This document shows positions 13,301 through 27,887 of a stretch of DNA of 64,000 nucleotides, one piece after another (within the stretch, counting starts at the first letter, position 1; each line of letters opens with the position of its first letter). The notes under the pieces are model-generated. The model made no database searches and was not told the DNA's origin. It worked only from the letters and a program-made list of their open reading frames with translations. Origin of the DNA: Balanoglossus misakiensis (taxonomy: Eukaryota; Animalia; Hemichordata); NCBI GenBank assembly GCA_040954595.2, contig CM082597.2, forward strand, positions 2,478,449 through 2,542,448. Direction: 5' to 3'. The translations under genes were made by a program, and so were the position numbers.

Positions 13301-16300
13301 TTAAGTCTCCCTCAGACTGTCTTTTCTCTTATCATACTGAGACTGTTAGGGTTACCAAAAATCGCAATTATCCACAAAAATAATAAATTTACTTTGATCA
13401 ATTTATTATGCCATCATTTAACAACAAGCAAACTAAGGAGTGACTGCTCTATCACATCTCATGTTTTTCCATAAAACCTTCCAGGTGAATCCAATCAAGG
13501 ATGTACATTTACGACATAGTAAACCTACGACTTGTTTCATCAATAATCAATTGTTTGCAGCCAGATATTGCTGATAAAAATAAAGCTGTGTGCTTTGTCT
13601 CTCCATAAAACCTCCTAAATCATGATCTAAAGAAAGCAAATATAGACATGAATCAAGAAGTTGCCTTGTTATACATAAGAGTGATTTGAAACATTTCCTT
13701 TTCATACTATATATTGCTGTATCATCATATATACTACATTTGGTTGAGGAAGTATAGCTGTATTGTCGCATCGCTCTGATCGCACTTTTTTCCTAGGCTG
13801 ACTGATTGCCTATGTCAGTGAGCGATACGGAAATGAATACTAGCTTTTAGGGTCTTCCGCTCTAGTATTGCCAGAGTGTAATCTGCAGTCAACCTGGGTA
13901 TTTATCATGCATCTCCTTTGTAGGAGAGTGTTTGAGGTGATATTATTTGACGCAGTAATTGCGTGGGTGAACGCCCGCCATCGCAATATCACTTCGCGTT
14001 TGATGTGTTATACACTGTAAACAGGAAACTTTGGCTGTGATGAAAATGCCACCTGGTTCTTATCAATTACATGCATGGACCGAATTTAAGTACCGACATA
14101 GGGCGAGTCATAAAACCCCGCTGAAAGGTCAAAAACATTTAATTATAAAACTCATAACAATTTGCTAAAGCGTATGTCACGCTAACATCGAAACCTGTCA
14201 TCTTTTTCTTTGCGTTTAAAAAGTAACAAAGAACTCGACTATCAAAAACGTGAATATGTTTAGCAGCAATGTCAATGTTCATGCAATATCTTTCTAAGCT
14301 AACCATACACATCTATCCAAAATTCAAACATCTTTCATTACTTCAAAAGCAGTCCAGGCACGTAAAGAGCTGCATGATAACTTCCTAAGGGGGAAACCAT
14401 AACGGAGCGTTAACACGCTGAATTGGAACTTTAATCAATAATGACAACATTTGCTTTCATATGCAATTACAGGCAAATCCCTTTAAAGCCAGGTCTTGTA
14501 AATGACCGGTTTCTCGAAATCAATAATCTTACCACAGTGCTCTCAGAACGCATTGCTTAGCACTGTGTCTCTCTTGACTTCTGTGAGGATTTGAAACATC
14601 TACTTGCCCAGCACTCTCTTATTGGGTTTATAAAAGTTGATCACGTATTGCACCATGCATTGAGTAATTCATCCTTTTAACCACACGAGCCGTGAAACAT
14701 GCTAAAAGTACTCAGCTTTGTTAGCTAACGTGACAAATTATTTGAATCAAAATAACGTATGTGTGATGTACACTTCTTGTTGGTTTACTAGGTTGTTCCA
14801 AGCACTCCCATGCTTCTAAAGTTGTATTCTTGTACGCCTCTGTTTATGAATACAAGCAGTAGGATCAGCTAACATAGACAAACTTGCCTTTAATACCATT
14901 TCAAGTTTAAAAGCGTTTTTCTGTTTATTTCCAGTTCACATGATGTTAAGTCAACTGTTCAGTGGTTCAACAAGTTTGCATACGTATTTGGACAACATTG
15001 AATACACATGGAGCATGCACGGCATTCATAAGTTCGTGAGTCAATAAACCTTTCAAGCATCACATGAAAAAGATGACTGCAGCATGAAAAGAACCGGTTG
15101 GAGTCGGCTCAAACTGGATTAGTAAATTTACACGGACAATGTCTGACCAATATTGAAAAATTGATAAATTGCAAAATCCGAGTGATAAACACAATAAAGT
15201 TGATCGACCTACCCTGTGGCATACACCTGACACAGCCTGATACGCCTGCAACATCTGAAAGCAATATTTGGTCGAAACCTAGCAACAACAGCGTTTATCA
15301 AGCAAAAAAATATTCTGGGTATGACATAGCTTAATGAAAGTCTCATTAATCGGGGCTCATTTCTTCTGGGGTTACTCAGGCGTAAAGATTTAATATGAAT
15401 TTGCAATTTATGGATAAAATGACCTGCCGCGACCTTTTGCATACTCTTTATGCGGATAGATATTTATTATAAAGTATCAATGAACCACCACAGGTATACT
15501 AGCTCCCGTTTTAGGCATGGACAGCCAGGAATAAAGGACAATTAAAGTAAATTTACATCACAAACACGTTCGTGTTTGGTAAATTACGTTTGATGATTAT
15601 GATCGTTTATAATAGTGGAAGATTAATATTGAATCCATACTTCGCGATGTGGTATACAATCTATCCGGAGTAAATTAATTAATAAGTGGTGATAGATTAA
15701 TGATTTTTATCTAAACATATATATCTTTCATCATGACAGAATAATTACTCAAGTTTAATCGTGAATGAATTTTTAATCTGCAGAGTGAATTATGGTCTCG
15801 TAATAAATTATGATGCATTAGACTTTGACAGTGTGACATATATTTTGAAAGCTGGTATTATCAAAACGTTAACCGCCAGCGAGTTAGATGGCAACAACCT
15901 AAGTGGACGTCCGTTCTCAGTATCTATGTGGTATGAAGGCAACACTCATTGCTAAGAATGCCAATCAGGAAGATTGACAAACCCAATGCTGTAATCTTAC
16001 TTTCTGGACGTTGGTCAGTAATTGTGTTTTAATTGTATGCCATGTCAAAGCCATGATTAAGCAAACAGGACAGGCGAGAATAAGAAAAAACTCAAGGGAT
16101 TTCGAAATTACAATCTACTCACGGCAGTCCTTCGAGGTTGCCCTCTTTGTACTTGGGGAAAATACAAATTACATTTACTTGACCTTGAATTCGGAATGTA
16201 AAACTTGGTTAACCTTAATTTGTCGTTTGTCAAAAGTGGGTATCATTGAGTACGATGAAATTTGTCAAACTATACTTCTTTGGAAAGTTCACTAGAATAA

Positions 16301-19300
16301 CATGAAATGCTTGTTATATTAAGTAAATTTACTTGAAATTAAGGACAATCATTCTTTCATACATCGAATATAATTAGTTTAATTTGTCTCAATGAAGTTG
16401 AATTCGATTTCATGATTTAGTTAACAGGGAGATGAACTCTATGCTACATTTGTCAGTCAAATCATAGCATGGCAGTACAGTGAGGTGGGACTTTTCCGTC
16501 CAACAATGCAACTTTATTTATATAGCTTGACGCAAACATTGCTGTAAAGATAATACTTTATTGACAGTTAAATATTTCTCACTCAGGGCTACCACGTAAT
16601 GATTTTTATGTTATCACTTTATAGGAACGAAAAACTGCCATCTAAAATCTCATTTTAATATTATCTGGCATTGATGATATGTACGCTTTATCAGTCTTGA
16701 CAGTTCTTTTAAAAAGAGTAATTTGGGAACTGACGCCTGGAAGAACTTATTCGCTATTAACGTCATATCTTTATCACAACCTCACGAAAGGCGCTATCGC
16801 TGTGTTTTACAACAAAAAAATGATTGGATTAACGTCATGTAGGGAATTGCCGAGAGACATACAAGCAATTCATGCTTATAGTCCTAAGTGTCTGACACCT
16901 TATTGAAATCATATTAAGTTTTTCTTAAAACTGATTGCTTATAGAAGCTCTTTCTCATGTGTGTCCTATCTGTCTATTTTTTTCAGACTATGTATCTATG
17001 GCAACATAGTGTTATTTCACAGAGATAGTACAATGACGACCAGAAGGCAAGATCGGACTGACATTCAATCAAAAATATGTGCGATGGTACATAAACATAT
17101 TGATAGTTATAATGACTCAACGTGACAATTTTTCACAAAGGTTGCTTTCTGGCAATTATTATGAGGTGTGCAACACATTTCACTCGTGTAATGATCTATA
17201 CTCCCAGTTTCCATGACTCTCTTTGTTAAATATCTGGCTGCGTCAAAGAGAAGTGCTACAGATGATGGGTTGCCCATGACAACCAGAAAGCAGACACAGT
17301 GCGGAAACGTCACATCTAGCAATTCAGTATTTTGGCACTTTATACGCTGTTGTACACTGAAGTCTAGACTTTCAATTATAAACTGGTTTCAGTTATCATT
17401 GATGGAACTACAGTGTTAAAAGAAAATGTGTAGTTGTTTGACTGTGCCAAACCTACACAAACCACTTATGTAATCAAGTATCTATCAGTAGATGGTTCTG
17501 CTTTTCATAACGTCTACATAGAATGAGGGTTGAAGAATGGAGTATTCAGCAATGTATAAAATAGCTCTGCAGTCACTATGATACCTTAAAAACTTTCCAG
17601 CAGCACATTGCATTAACAGGGAAATTCAGAGGTAGCCTAATACGCGCGGTGCGTCTCTTTCAATTTAGACACTGCCAGCAATAAATCTAGATAGTTCCCC
17701 AGACACTGCAGATGTGCCAAGTGAGCTCATTAAACGCGTAAAATTCATATATTGAAATCATTTTCACGGAACTCTGATTACTGTTTGATTCCCCTGTACC
17801 CGCAGGTGATGTTTTTTATGACCAAGACGGCATTAATGTCACATTTAAATGCAGTCTGCGCAGAGATTGCCACAATTTTGTTAATTGGACTGGTCCTTAC
17901 GTGGCTCTTGAGAAGTATACGCATGAATATTATCAGGGCAAGGTTAGAATTCAGATACAGAGTCTACACAAACTGCATATAAGTTATTTGTGATGTGAAT
18001 ATGAAAGATGGAATGCAACAGTTACTGTATTAGTTTGTCCCCCCCCCCCACACACACACACGGAGTGATATGGCAAACTTAATTAAGGTATCATAAAGTG
18101 TTGTTTAATGCAATAACTAAAAAAAAAAGCTTTCATTGGGAAAAGCTCAGATCAATGTGTCAGCTGGTGAAGATATGCATGCATCTCTCAATGTCTAAAT
18201 TATGAAGATGTGGACATTTAAAACAAACCAAATAGTTTTAAATGTTGCAGTGACCAAGTTATGGGATAAAACCATGTTGTGGGTTGAAATCAAAGAATAT
18301 CAGAGGAAATGTAAGATAATATAAGGTCAACAAACTGCAGCTTATGAACTTTGGCCATTAGTTGACAGGGATGTGTTCGCAAGAGGTTACCATGGCAAGG
18401 TTGGATAAACATGTCATTGTATACATATGACATATTCATGCAAATGCAAACGCTAAACGGAAACGCGATGTATGGGATACACATTTATTGTAAAAGCGTA
18501 TTCAGCTGGTGACATAACTTTAATCTTATTAGTAATAGATGGCAAGGGATTATATTCTTCATTTCTAAACCCATCGGATCGTAAAATGTTGCATTCAACA
18601 CAGCAGTCGATTTATGACATGTCATATATTTCAAACTGATCTCAAAGACCCTGTGTTTACTCTCATGTACTACACTATACTCATGAGATTAATACACTTT
18701 CATAGGTCGTTACTATGTTCAAGCTAAGATGACCTACATGTAGTTATTACTAAGGAAATATAGGTATCAATTGAAATATTGCAAAATGCAGAATGGTTCA
18801 ACTACGGTACATTGAACTGTAACTGATACAAACACAAGATGCATCGATGCATTGCACTGTACTGTATATACGCTGCACAGAATCATGTACCCAATCACTG
18901 AAAATCCTTTGCCAGCCTTCTCATGATCCCCATTAGAATTTTATGGAGATTACACTTTTCATCTGAGAATGAAGTGCAGTCCTTCAGTTTAGAGCCCTGT
19001 TACAAATTTCACACGAAAACCTGCATGGGAAAAAACAATTACACAACCTTTCTCGTCAATCTCAATGAAAGCTAATGGTATAGGTTGGTTTGCAGCCTGA
19101 GTGTTTCACTGAATGAATTCGCAGAAATTTATCAACTCAGTTCTGAGAATGTTCTGAGAAAGGTGCTACAAGTATCGGTTCTTATCAACAGGGTGATAAT
19201 TCATATGTCAATCTGATCCATAATAAAAGCATTGCATATTATCTCAACACTACCTACAAGCTTTTCTGATATCATACAGACACAACATCTAGACATCTAT

Positions 19301-22300
19301 ATGAAACATCTACACAGGGTGTAACCTTATATGTGTTCAATCTTGTTATACTGTGTACCGCACCCTGGTGTTACTGAACTAATGAAACAGACAGTGACAA
19401 TACTTTAATTCCCCTCTTGATATTCTTAAACATACTTGCAGAATGCTTTCTATTCAATCTGAGCTTTTTCTTATCATTGTATTTCTCTAGGCAACATGTC
19501 TGAGTTCAGTTTACACTGTTCCGGGCAGGACATTTCTCTGACATCTCCACAAATTAATAACGCCTACGGACCATCATCACTAAGTATCTAGCTGCGCCAG
19601 ACAAATATGTCATCAATCTTATCAGACAGGCAAACGTTGGGAGCTTACATTATACTGTAGTTTCTTTCACCAAGGTGTTGGATGTAAACACTGAATACTA
19701 GGCAAATTGGAATGCAAAATTGCAGTGGCCGCATATTTACCTTACAAGTCAAGATCTAGCCAACAACAGATTTTCACAGGATGGCATAAAGTGCGCCACC
19801 GAATGATATTATATGCCCATTTAACCATATATGGATATTTATAAATTAAGCATGATTGTACACCTTTAATAAAACAAGAATACTCGGCCCAAACCACAAG
19901 CTTCTGTGAATACAAGAATGAGCCCAATAATAACAAGAACACTTATGCCACTGATAACAACTCTAGAACTCCACTTGTGTCAAACAAATTGCTACTACAC
20001 AGCTAGTCATTCTAAATTATGCAACCGCAACCTATTACCACACTCTGCTCTACGTGTCAGACATGACTTATGAGCCAGGTTTCAGTAAGCGAGGATGGTA
20101 ATCGGTTGGTATGCGTCGCTTTATTAACAGAGCAATATGGTGGTATTAATGGTCGAATATAGTGATGGTGCAATAAATCAAAAATTATTTTGTTGCCTTC
20201 GTCTATATTATTCTAAATATAACCTATGCCCGTGTACATGATATTTCTAGAAATGACACTTTCACATGTTCGTACGTTTTATCCTTTCGTCATTCTAACA
20301 TTGTTCAATTTAATAAAAATGTTGATGGCTTAATACTTTCATCATTTTGAAATTTCCCAAAGCCTCGCCGTTTCCAATTATGGATCTACAAACACGACTG
20401 ACCATGACAGCATGTATAGCAAGAACATTCCACTTTTCTAATAAAAAGATATTCACACTCCTCGTGAACAGGAAAATACTAATGTCCAATGCAAGCATAT
20501 TTCTGTGTATGAAATGAATGGATAAATATTATAAAAATAAACTTACTCTGAAAAAGGTCATCTAATACTGTAACCTTGTCCAATTATTTCCAGCTGCTGT
20601 CAGTCTTTTTTGCATAGTAAGATGGTAAACCCCAAACAAACTAAATTAACATAACTGAATGGATCTTCGTTAACGACAGCCTGAAATTCACTCGCGTCAT
20701 CTAGTTGAATTCAGTCAGCAGCATGAGGGGAAATGAAGTAACTGAAACACGCAGTGCGATGTGCAACATACAGGAACATAGAGTATGCTTGTAATGAATA
20801 TTCTCCAAGGCTTTTTCAAACTGCACAACGTGTGCCTGATAAGGAAATGGAAACATGGCTTGGTAATTACAATGATTTACACTGCGGCAACCAATCTGGC
20901 GTAGACATGTCCATTAGAAACGACTCTTTATGTTATCCATACCAAACAGCCACCGCCCCCGCAGGCTCGCGCCACATCGTGCACGAGCGTCATGACCTAA
21001 CAAGAAAAACTCCTTACTGTAACCTACAGGTACGGCTGGAGTTGGACTAAAATGATTAAGCCAAAATCTAAATAATGTACACGTTTTGTTTCTGCATGGT
21101 TCATGAGTATAAAGCTAGAGACAAATTTACGTTTTCATAAAACATGTTCAGAGACTTTGATATAGCATTTATATGAATTTTTCAAATCAAGTTAGTAGCT
21201 GAGGAAACATCATTATCGCAAGAGTATTGATAATGGCCATTAGAATTCCACATTCTCTCATTTAAAATCCTTAAAGGTTTGGATCTCTATCAGGTTGTAT
21301 TCGCAAGAGTAATATTGAATATACCATTAACATCACAAACTGTGAACTCGTCTTATTCGAGAAGGATGAGAATCTTAGTCGCACGAATGTTAGTGCTCGT
21401 GCTTCTTCTTAACTAAATCAATGGGGATTCAAAGACGTCAAACAGGGCATTGCATTACACGCTGAGTTTTACGTAAAACCTTTTTGATGGAATACTTCTG
21501 AGGTAATTATCCACAAGGGCTAGGAATCGAACATACTCAGAACTGACGTAATCTTTCTTTTTGAAACACCACGCTTCAAGGGGAAAAGTCACTCACCTCT
21601 GACATTTTCAGTTTGATTTAGTTACGTGCGCTGAAATATGCTCAATGATTCTAAAACTAAATTGATATCCTGCAGTTGCAGAACATGTGAAAACTATCAT
21701 AAACTTCTCCACTACAACAGTACAAGCCAAAATAGCAGAAATATAGCGTAAGTTAACATGAGCAGTATACAGTATTACAATAGTTATTTACACAAAATGT
21801 TGCCATGCATACTAAACCAATTAACAATTTCCCCTAAAAACTACGGCTATCGTCCCTTCAGGTGAAACTATTTATTAAAGGCACACTTGACCAGAAATAA
21901 ATACTTCCAAACACACAACATATTATCTCTTAGTAACGGAATTACACGGAGGGGCTCTTAGCAACAGCACATCATACTGACGCCACGCTCGTGGCAAGTT
22001 CAGCGTAATCACGTTAACAGGGCGGAATTAATCTTCTCGGTTGCCGAGAAATGAATCTGTTTGCTTGTTTTGCCTCAGGTTTGTAAGCGGTATAATTTAC
22101 AAAATACCACGATCAAATTTCAATACTGTACGCCAGTCATAAGCAGTGTTTTCTATATTAAGGGCACAAAGCGAGAGGCAATAAATCCCTTTTTATGTGT
22201 GAGGAGAAAAGTGAAACATAGAGATTCTAAGCATATCGACGTTCATAATAAGCAACTCATACACACTACGCTTCTGTTCTTCAGAGGACAAATGCCTGAT

Positions 22301-25300
22301 GTTTGTTCCATACAAATCCAGTGGGTGTTGTATGCAGTATGACTATGAGCCAAACAATTACTTCGTCGAGTGGTCTGCACTTTGTTGCAATGACCAGTAG
22401 CGGGCGCTGTTTCTTCTTCTTCTTCATAAAAGTTGACATCCCATACTACTTTCGACAATAGCGGGCGCTATAACAGAAAACTAGGAATACTATTCCAGAA
22501 TTCCAGAATCTATTCAATCAAGGATACACTGCCCTAGTTATGTAAACCAATTTCTACAACACCCCAAAACACAGATTAGTCAGATTACGTTCACAAGTGT
22601 ATACGATTGCCATAACCTGTCTAATTCCTGTCCTAGTTACATGAAACGATTTCTTCAAAAGCCCCAAAAGATTAGACAGATGACATTTGCAAGTGAATCA
22701 TATATACAATTGCCATAACCTATATAATCCCTCAAATCTATGTCTTGTTTTGTGTACAACCTACGTCGGCCTCTTTCATGTCGATAAAGATTGTAGTCAC
22801 TTCTCGCAGAAGCATGTGATTATCGCACCAACAATAACCCAAGAAAGAGATTATTCACTTTGCATTCACACGATGATAAAGCATACATAAAACACACATC
22901 TGCGAACACTAATCTGACAAAATTCTTGAATATCCATTGCTCTTGTTTGCGGCTACATGTCAGTGTCTCTCAATGATCCAAACTTGGCTACCTAAACACG
23001 TTCTTGTTCAACAATCACCGACTGTATAGGTTACCTGATATGCACGCACCAATCTATAAACCCATCTAGTAATACCATCAATGTCACTTGATAGTTGAGC
23101 AACTGTCGGCACGGAGGTGAAATCTCTTTGAGTAATACAACTCCTCCATCTTTTGGTTTTATATCCTTTCAGGCCTGATGTAACTCAGTTCCTAAGGCCG
23201 GTTTTCCAGACTATTAAATTACTAGACACCTTAAAATCAAAGACTAAGTGTGGTAATGGTGATTGTTGTTACTCTTTGGAGTGTGACAGATGAACAAGAA
23301 AGGTGAAGATAGCTATCACCGTTAAAATCTTAAGTGAACAATGCATTCTGTCGCTGACCCATAGGTTAATCCACCAGAACACTCAAAAGATTGCCTTTTT
23401 TTCAATATGTGCATGCCTGAACACGTTTCATGGGGTATATGTTTGTCCACTAAGAAGTTGCTTTGTAAGCCAATGAATGGCTTAAAGTTAAGTTATATAT
23501 TTATTTAGTTTAGTTGTCCATGGAACAGAATAAGGGAGGACATCACTACTACATATGGATTTAATCACAGGTAAACACAAATGTTTACAGTTGTTAATAG
23601 CCCATCATTGATCTCAATACTAAAGTCACAAGACTTTCATTGGAACAAATGATCTTTACAGTATATGTTATCTACAGTGTGTAAAAGATAATTCAGTCAA
23701 GCCTAATTCAGACTATACTCGATGCTCGGTCTGACCTTTCGACACTGCAATATTTAAAATGAGTAGTTTGAACCGGTGTCTGGGGAAATTGCTTGGTTTG
23801 TTGCTGCGGGAGAAATCTACTGAACAACTTAGCCTCTGGTCCACCAACGACTGATAATTGGGAGCAGCATCCTGATTTACAAGTTCCGCCGAGGGGAAAA
23901 TTTGTTGACGGAGGAAATTCTCGTTCATTGATATGACTGACCGTCAAAAGCAGCACCCTTGGGAATATATGAAGTCAAGGTAACCACAATTAACGTCAAC
24001 CCCATGATGACTTATCATATCATAATACCAAACCATTCACCCAATTAATATTTATGGAGGTAGTTTGATCGAGGAAATCACTTGCCACCAACCAGCAGAA
24101 TTTTTTTTTCTTTGACGGTGTGGAATTGTATAGATAACGCATGCGCAAAGCATAAAAGCTGCAAACCACTTGAGGATGAAAACCAATTTCAGCACAGCTG
24201 GAATCATATACCTGTGCTCACGTTGAGTGTCTCCAAAAGCCAGTTTTCAATTTCAAACCGTTATATATATTGCACTTATAATGAGATCGTTGAAAGCCTT
24301 CGTTAATCAGGTTCAGGATATTTGAAAATCACCCACAGCAAGATCAGTCTATTATTGAAATTTTAGTATGGCAGTAATAAGGTGTACTGAGGAAAGAGGT
24401 TCATAATCTGTTATAAACATGTTTTCGTCACATCATCCTCTCCTGGTTTTGAACCGTATACTTTTGTGGACGTCAACCTCGGCTATTGGTCACATTAACT
24501 AGGTTAATAACAAAAGACAACATGCGTGACATGCGCTCTGTTTTTGGCAAAAACATTTTTATCCCTCTGGAGTAAATATATGTTCCTGTTAGCAATTTCC
24601 GCCTAGCGGGTATTGAGTGACAAAACGATTGTTTTCAATGTTTTACCTATTGGCAGAAGCATATTTGTTTTTGCTGTTACTGCATTTCAACCCATTGTTA
24701 CACCAAACAGAAAAGAAACCGTAGATGACCTGGCGGCACGAATTCAAAGTTTCTTTCTTAGTTTCCTTTGAGAAACACCGCGCTATCACGTTGATTCCCT
24801 GAGCGTCTTGAACACGAGGGACTTCATTGCATCATGCTTATTTGTTGCACATAAATGTGTTCACAAAATGGAACGACAGAAAGAAAAAAAAAACGTTTGA
24901 TGTCCTGAAAGGTTTTAATCAGGTTTCCTGTGAAATCGTGCGAAAATGAAATGAAATTCTGTAATCCATTATATGTGGCATCTCTTGTGTACAGTCGGTG
25001 CAAAGCAAAAGAAAAAAATCTATTAATTTTGTACAAACACACAGATACCATAAACGTGAGGTATCTAAAATGGCCAAGGGTTCATCTCAGTAATATATTG
25101 AGGTGTTTTTTTATTTGTGCACGATGCTGATCAACAATACCATTGCTAACTGTGTTTAATGTGGTATTTTTCTCAGTAAAGAACATCAGTTTATGAAAAA
25201 TATGTATCTTGTGAGAACTTATAGCTATTCACCATCTGAACTATGTGACCTAGCTTAGCATTTATATCCCAACTTGTGAGATAACCGTGTTAACCATCTT

Positions 25301-25815
25301 CAGACTGCTCTTAGCACGTACATCATCTCATAGGGAAATGGCAGATGTTTCTTCTAGATATACGTAATCAGCTTTACTACTATGATTTCTGTTACAGAAA
25401 ATTTTATAAAGGTCTAATTCTATACAATACCAAAAAGATCATATGTATTTTAGCTTTTGGCCATCGTCAAATGTATTGACCTTTTCTGGCCTTTAATCTG
25501 GAAAGGTAATTGAAAGGTTCTTGTGAGTATCATTAAATATTAACAGTATCATTTCTTGTCACTAGGACTGTTTTCCCAACTCAAAATCTCCTCCATTTTG
25601 ACAGCCAACAAAATATTGACTGCAAATATAGAGCATATTATTTGCTAACCAGTTTACATCTTGATAACCTCCTATCATTGTAATACGATCAGTGTACGGT
25701 ACATAGCTCGTAGACGGAACCAAGATGATAACATAGGGTCATTCGGTCATGCGTCGCGTTAGACACTTTTATCCTTCGGCCATTATAACAACAACGCAGC
25801 GGGAAACAGTCTACT

Positions 25816-26208
25816 GCGGATATCATTAATTCATCTCTTGCATTCCCGACCGTTGGCGACCCTGGAATCTGCCGATTTTCGTTTCAATATCTCCGATGCT
25901 GGAAGGTGCATTTTGGAAGAACATTTCCTGTTCAAAGCATTTTGACAACGGTATCTCGTGTTGTCTTCTCATGTTTCATTTGTTTGTTAAACATGTATAC
26001 CTGAAGAAATTTGGCCTAGTCTGACATCAATGTTTCCACGGCGGAAATGATTTATTCATCTCCCGCATTCCCAACGGTTGACAACCCTGGGATTTTTGTT
26101 TCAATATTTCTGATGCTTGAAGGGCATTTCCTTTCAAAGCATTTTGACAAAGTTAGCTCAAGTTTCCTTACCTTGTTTCATTCCGTTGTTGAGCATGTAC
26201 ACCTGAAG
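25816..26208. repeat. Diverged tandem duplication of about 170-190 bp (25816-26006 and 26041-26208)
   Basis: Both copies carry the same blocks in the same order: gcgga..ttcatctc..gcattccc, gtttcaatat..gatgct.gaagg, ttcaaagcattttgacaa, catgta.acctgaag. Confidence 0.8.
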
Positions 26209-26959
26209 CATAACTCAAAATTTTCTTTTTTTGCAACTGAACTTATTTGAATGAACATTCGTACTGCTGGCTGTTGGTACAAATGTGCTGCGAGGTACAT
26301 ACAACAAAATGAGTCCTTTACTTTGACCGATTCGCAAAATGATACTGATCAAAGTGAAGAATTAATTCAGAAGTAATTTTAATAATTTGTAATTTTTTGG
26401 ATTATCTGACCTAGATGTGCCACGTCTCAATATATGACCAACTCAACTTATGTAAGTTAATTAGATACCCCCAATTCATAAAAAATCTCTTACGAACTAG
26501 GTTAACTCAACCTATATGAGCCCTGTATATTTTATTGCGTGATTATGTTGACAAGATGTCATTTCTGCTTGGACTTGCCAGATTACCAGATGCTGCCAGA
26601 GGCTGTCAACGACCATTTATCCCTTGAAGTCATTATCATGACCACAATATCGTGCAAATGACGTCCAGATCAAACTAGAGAATCCGTTTCATATTCTCTT
26701 AAAATCATATCCCATCCCTTTAATACCTTCTTTCATCTGCTATCAGCGTATTGATTGTTCTTTTTGCTGAAATGACTGGGTGACATTTACTTTGGTTGCC
26801 GTAGGCCTGTAAGGGTTGGGGAAGGATCAGCAATTGATAATAACCTATTATGACCTTCTATGACCGAACATTGAACATCTGCCGGTTTTCTTAAATATAT
26901 GTGACCTATTTATGCCTACAAGATGTGCCCCGGGTCCATTTACAAGTTCCTGTTAAGTT

Positions 26960-27118
26960 AACACACGCATGAAGCAATGAGAAGTAAAGTGCCTTGCTCA
27001 AGGGCACAACATCACGGTCATGAAGTCACCATCGTCTGATAGAAAGTCCATGACAGAATCTCGAACCCATAACCCTCTAATTGCGAGTTCAGTACCCTTC
27101 ACCACTATACAACAGTAC
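26960..27118 (-). mobile_element. tRNA-derived SINE (5' part)
   Basis: Minus strand has an A-box-like TATAGTGGT and a B-box-like GGTTCGAGATT, followed by GTTGTGCCCTTGAGCAAGGCACTTTAC, a central motif typical of invertebrate and fish tRNA-SINEs. Confidence 0.7.
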
Positions 27119-27481
27119 TTTCACATACAATTTACAAGATAGACATTGACAGACATTGATAAGATTTCCATTAGTGGATGCTCTCAACTAAAGGTTGTTC
27201 ATGTACCAAACCAATTTCATTAGCAGAGAGTTGCTTCTGATAAATTATTAACTGACTTAATATTTAGACGAAAATAAGCACTACTGCAATACACCGCCTA
27301 CGAAAGGTCGACAGTCAGAGATTCTCCAAAAAAAGTTATATAATATATGAGAAGTTTCCATAATGTTCACAAGGTATATGGTAACTAATACCCTTCCGGT
27401 AATTCCTATTCTATTGTAAGGCTGCTCCATTTGCTTCAGTGAACATGCCATGTGATAACGACCCTAAGATGAAGTGTATAC

Positions 27482-27887
27482 CAGTGTACGAAATAAAGCC
27501 TGTCCGACAGTCCGAGACTGGTTGTTTTTATGTAGGACTGGTAAAAATAAAATGTTACCAGTCCGACAGACAGTTTGAATTTAGCGTGGGAGTTAACCAG
27601 TGGTATCATGGCATCTTTTAGACTTTCCTCAGTTCATGTATTGCAAATAAAAGAAACAATGATGTAAAAGCTTGAAATTTATCAAATCAAAGTAATGTAA
27701 AGAGAAAGATGATTCCATCCCATCTTCGATTGTTCACAGATAAGGTAATAGCTTCTCAGTTGTATTTGATTTACATTTAATTGTAAGGCATAATATCAGG
27801 ACTGGTAAGTTTTTGGCAGGACTGGCAACTTTTTGAAGTTGCCAGTCCTGGTGACTGGTTGATATTTCCTATGAATTTCAAACACTG
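27482..27887. mobile_element. Non-autonomous DNA transposon (hAT-like CAGTG ends)
   Basis: Terminal inverted repeats CAGTGTACGAAAT...ATTTCAAACACTG. Repeated subterminal GGACTGG/CCAGTCC motifs. Flanked on both sides by TGTATAC. Confidence 0.65.

Noticed and set aside
27050-27118. Functional tRNA gene
   Set aside because: The A/B boxes are degenerate, no clean cloverleaf is evident, and it continues into a SINE body motif.
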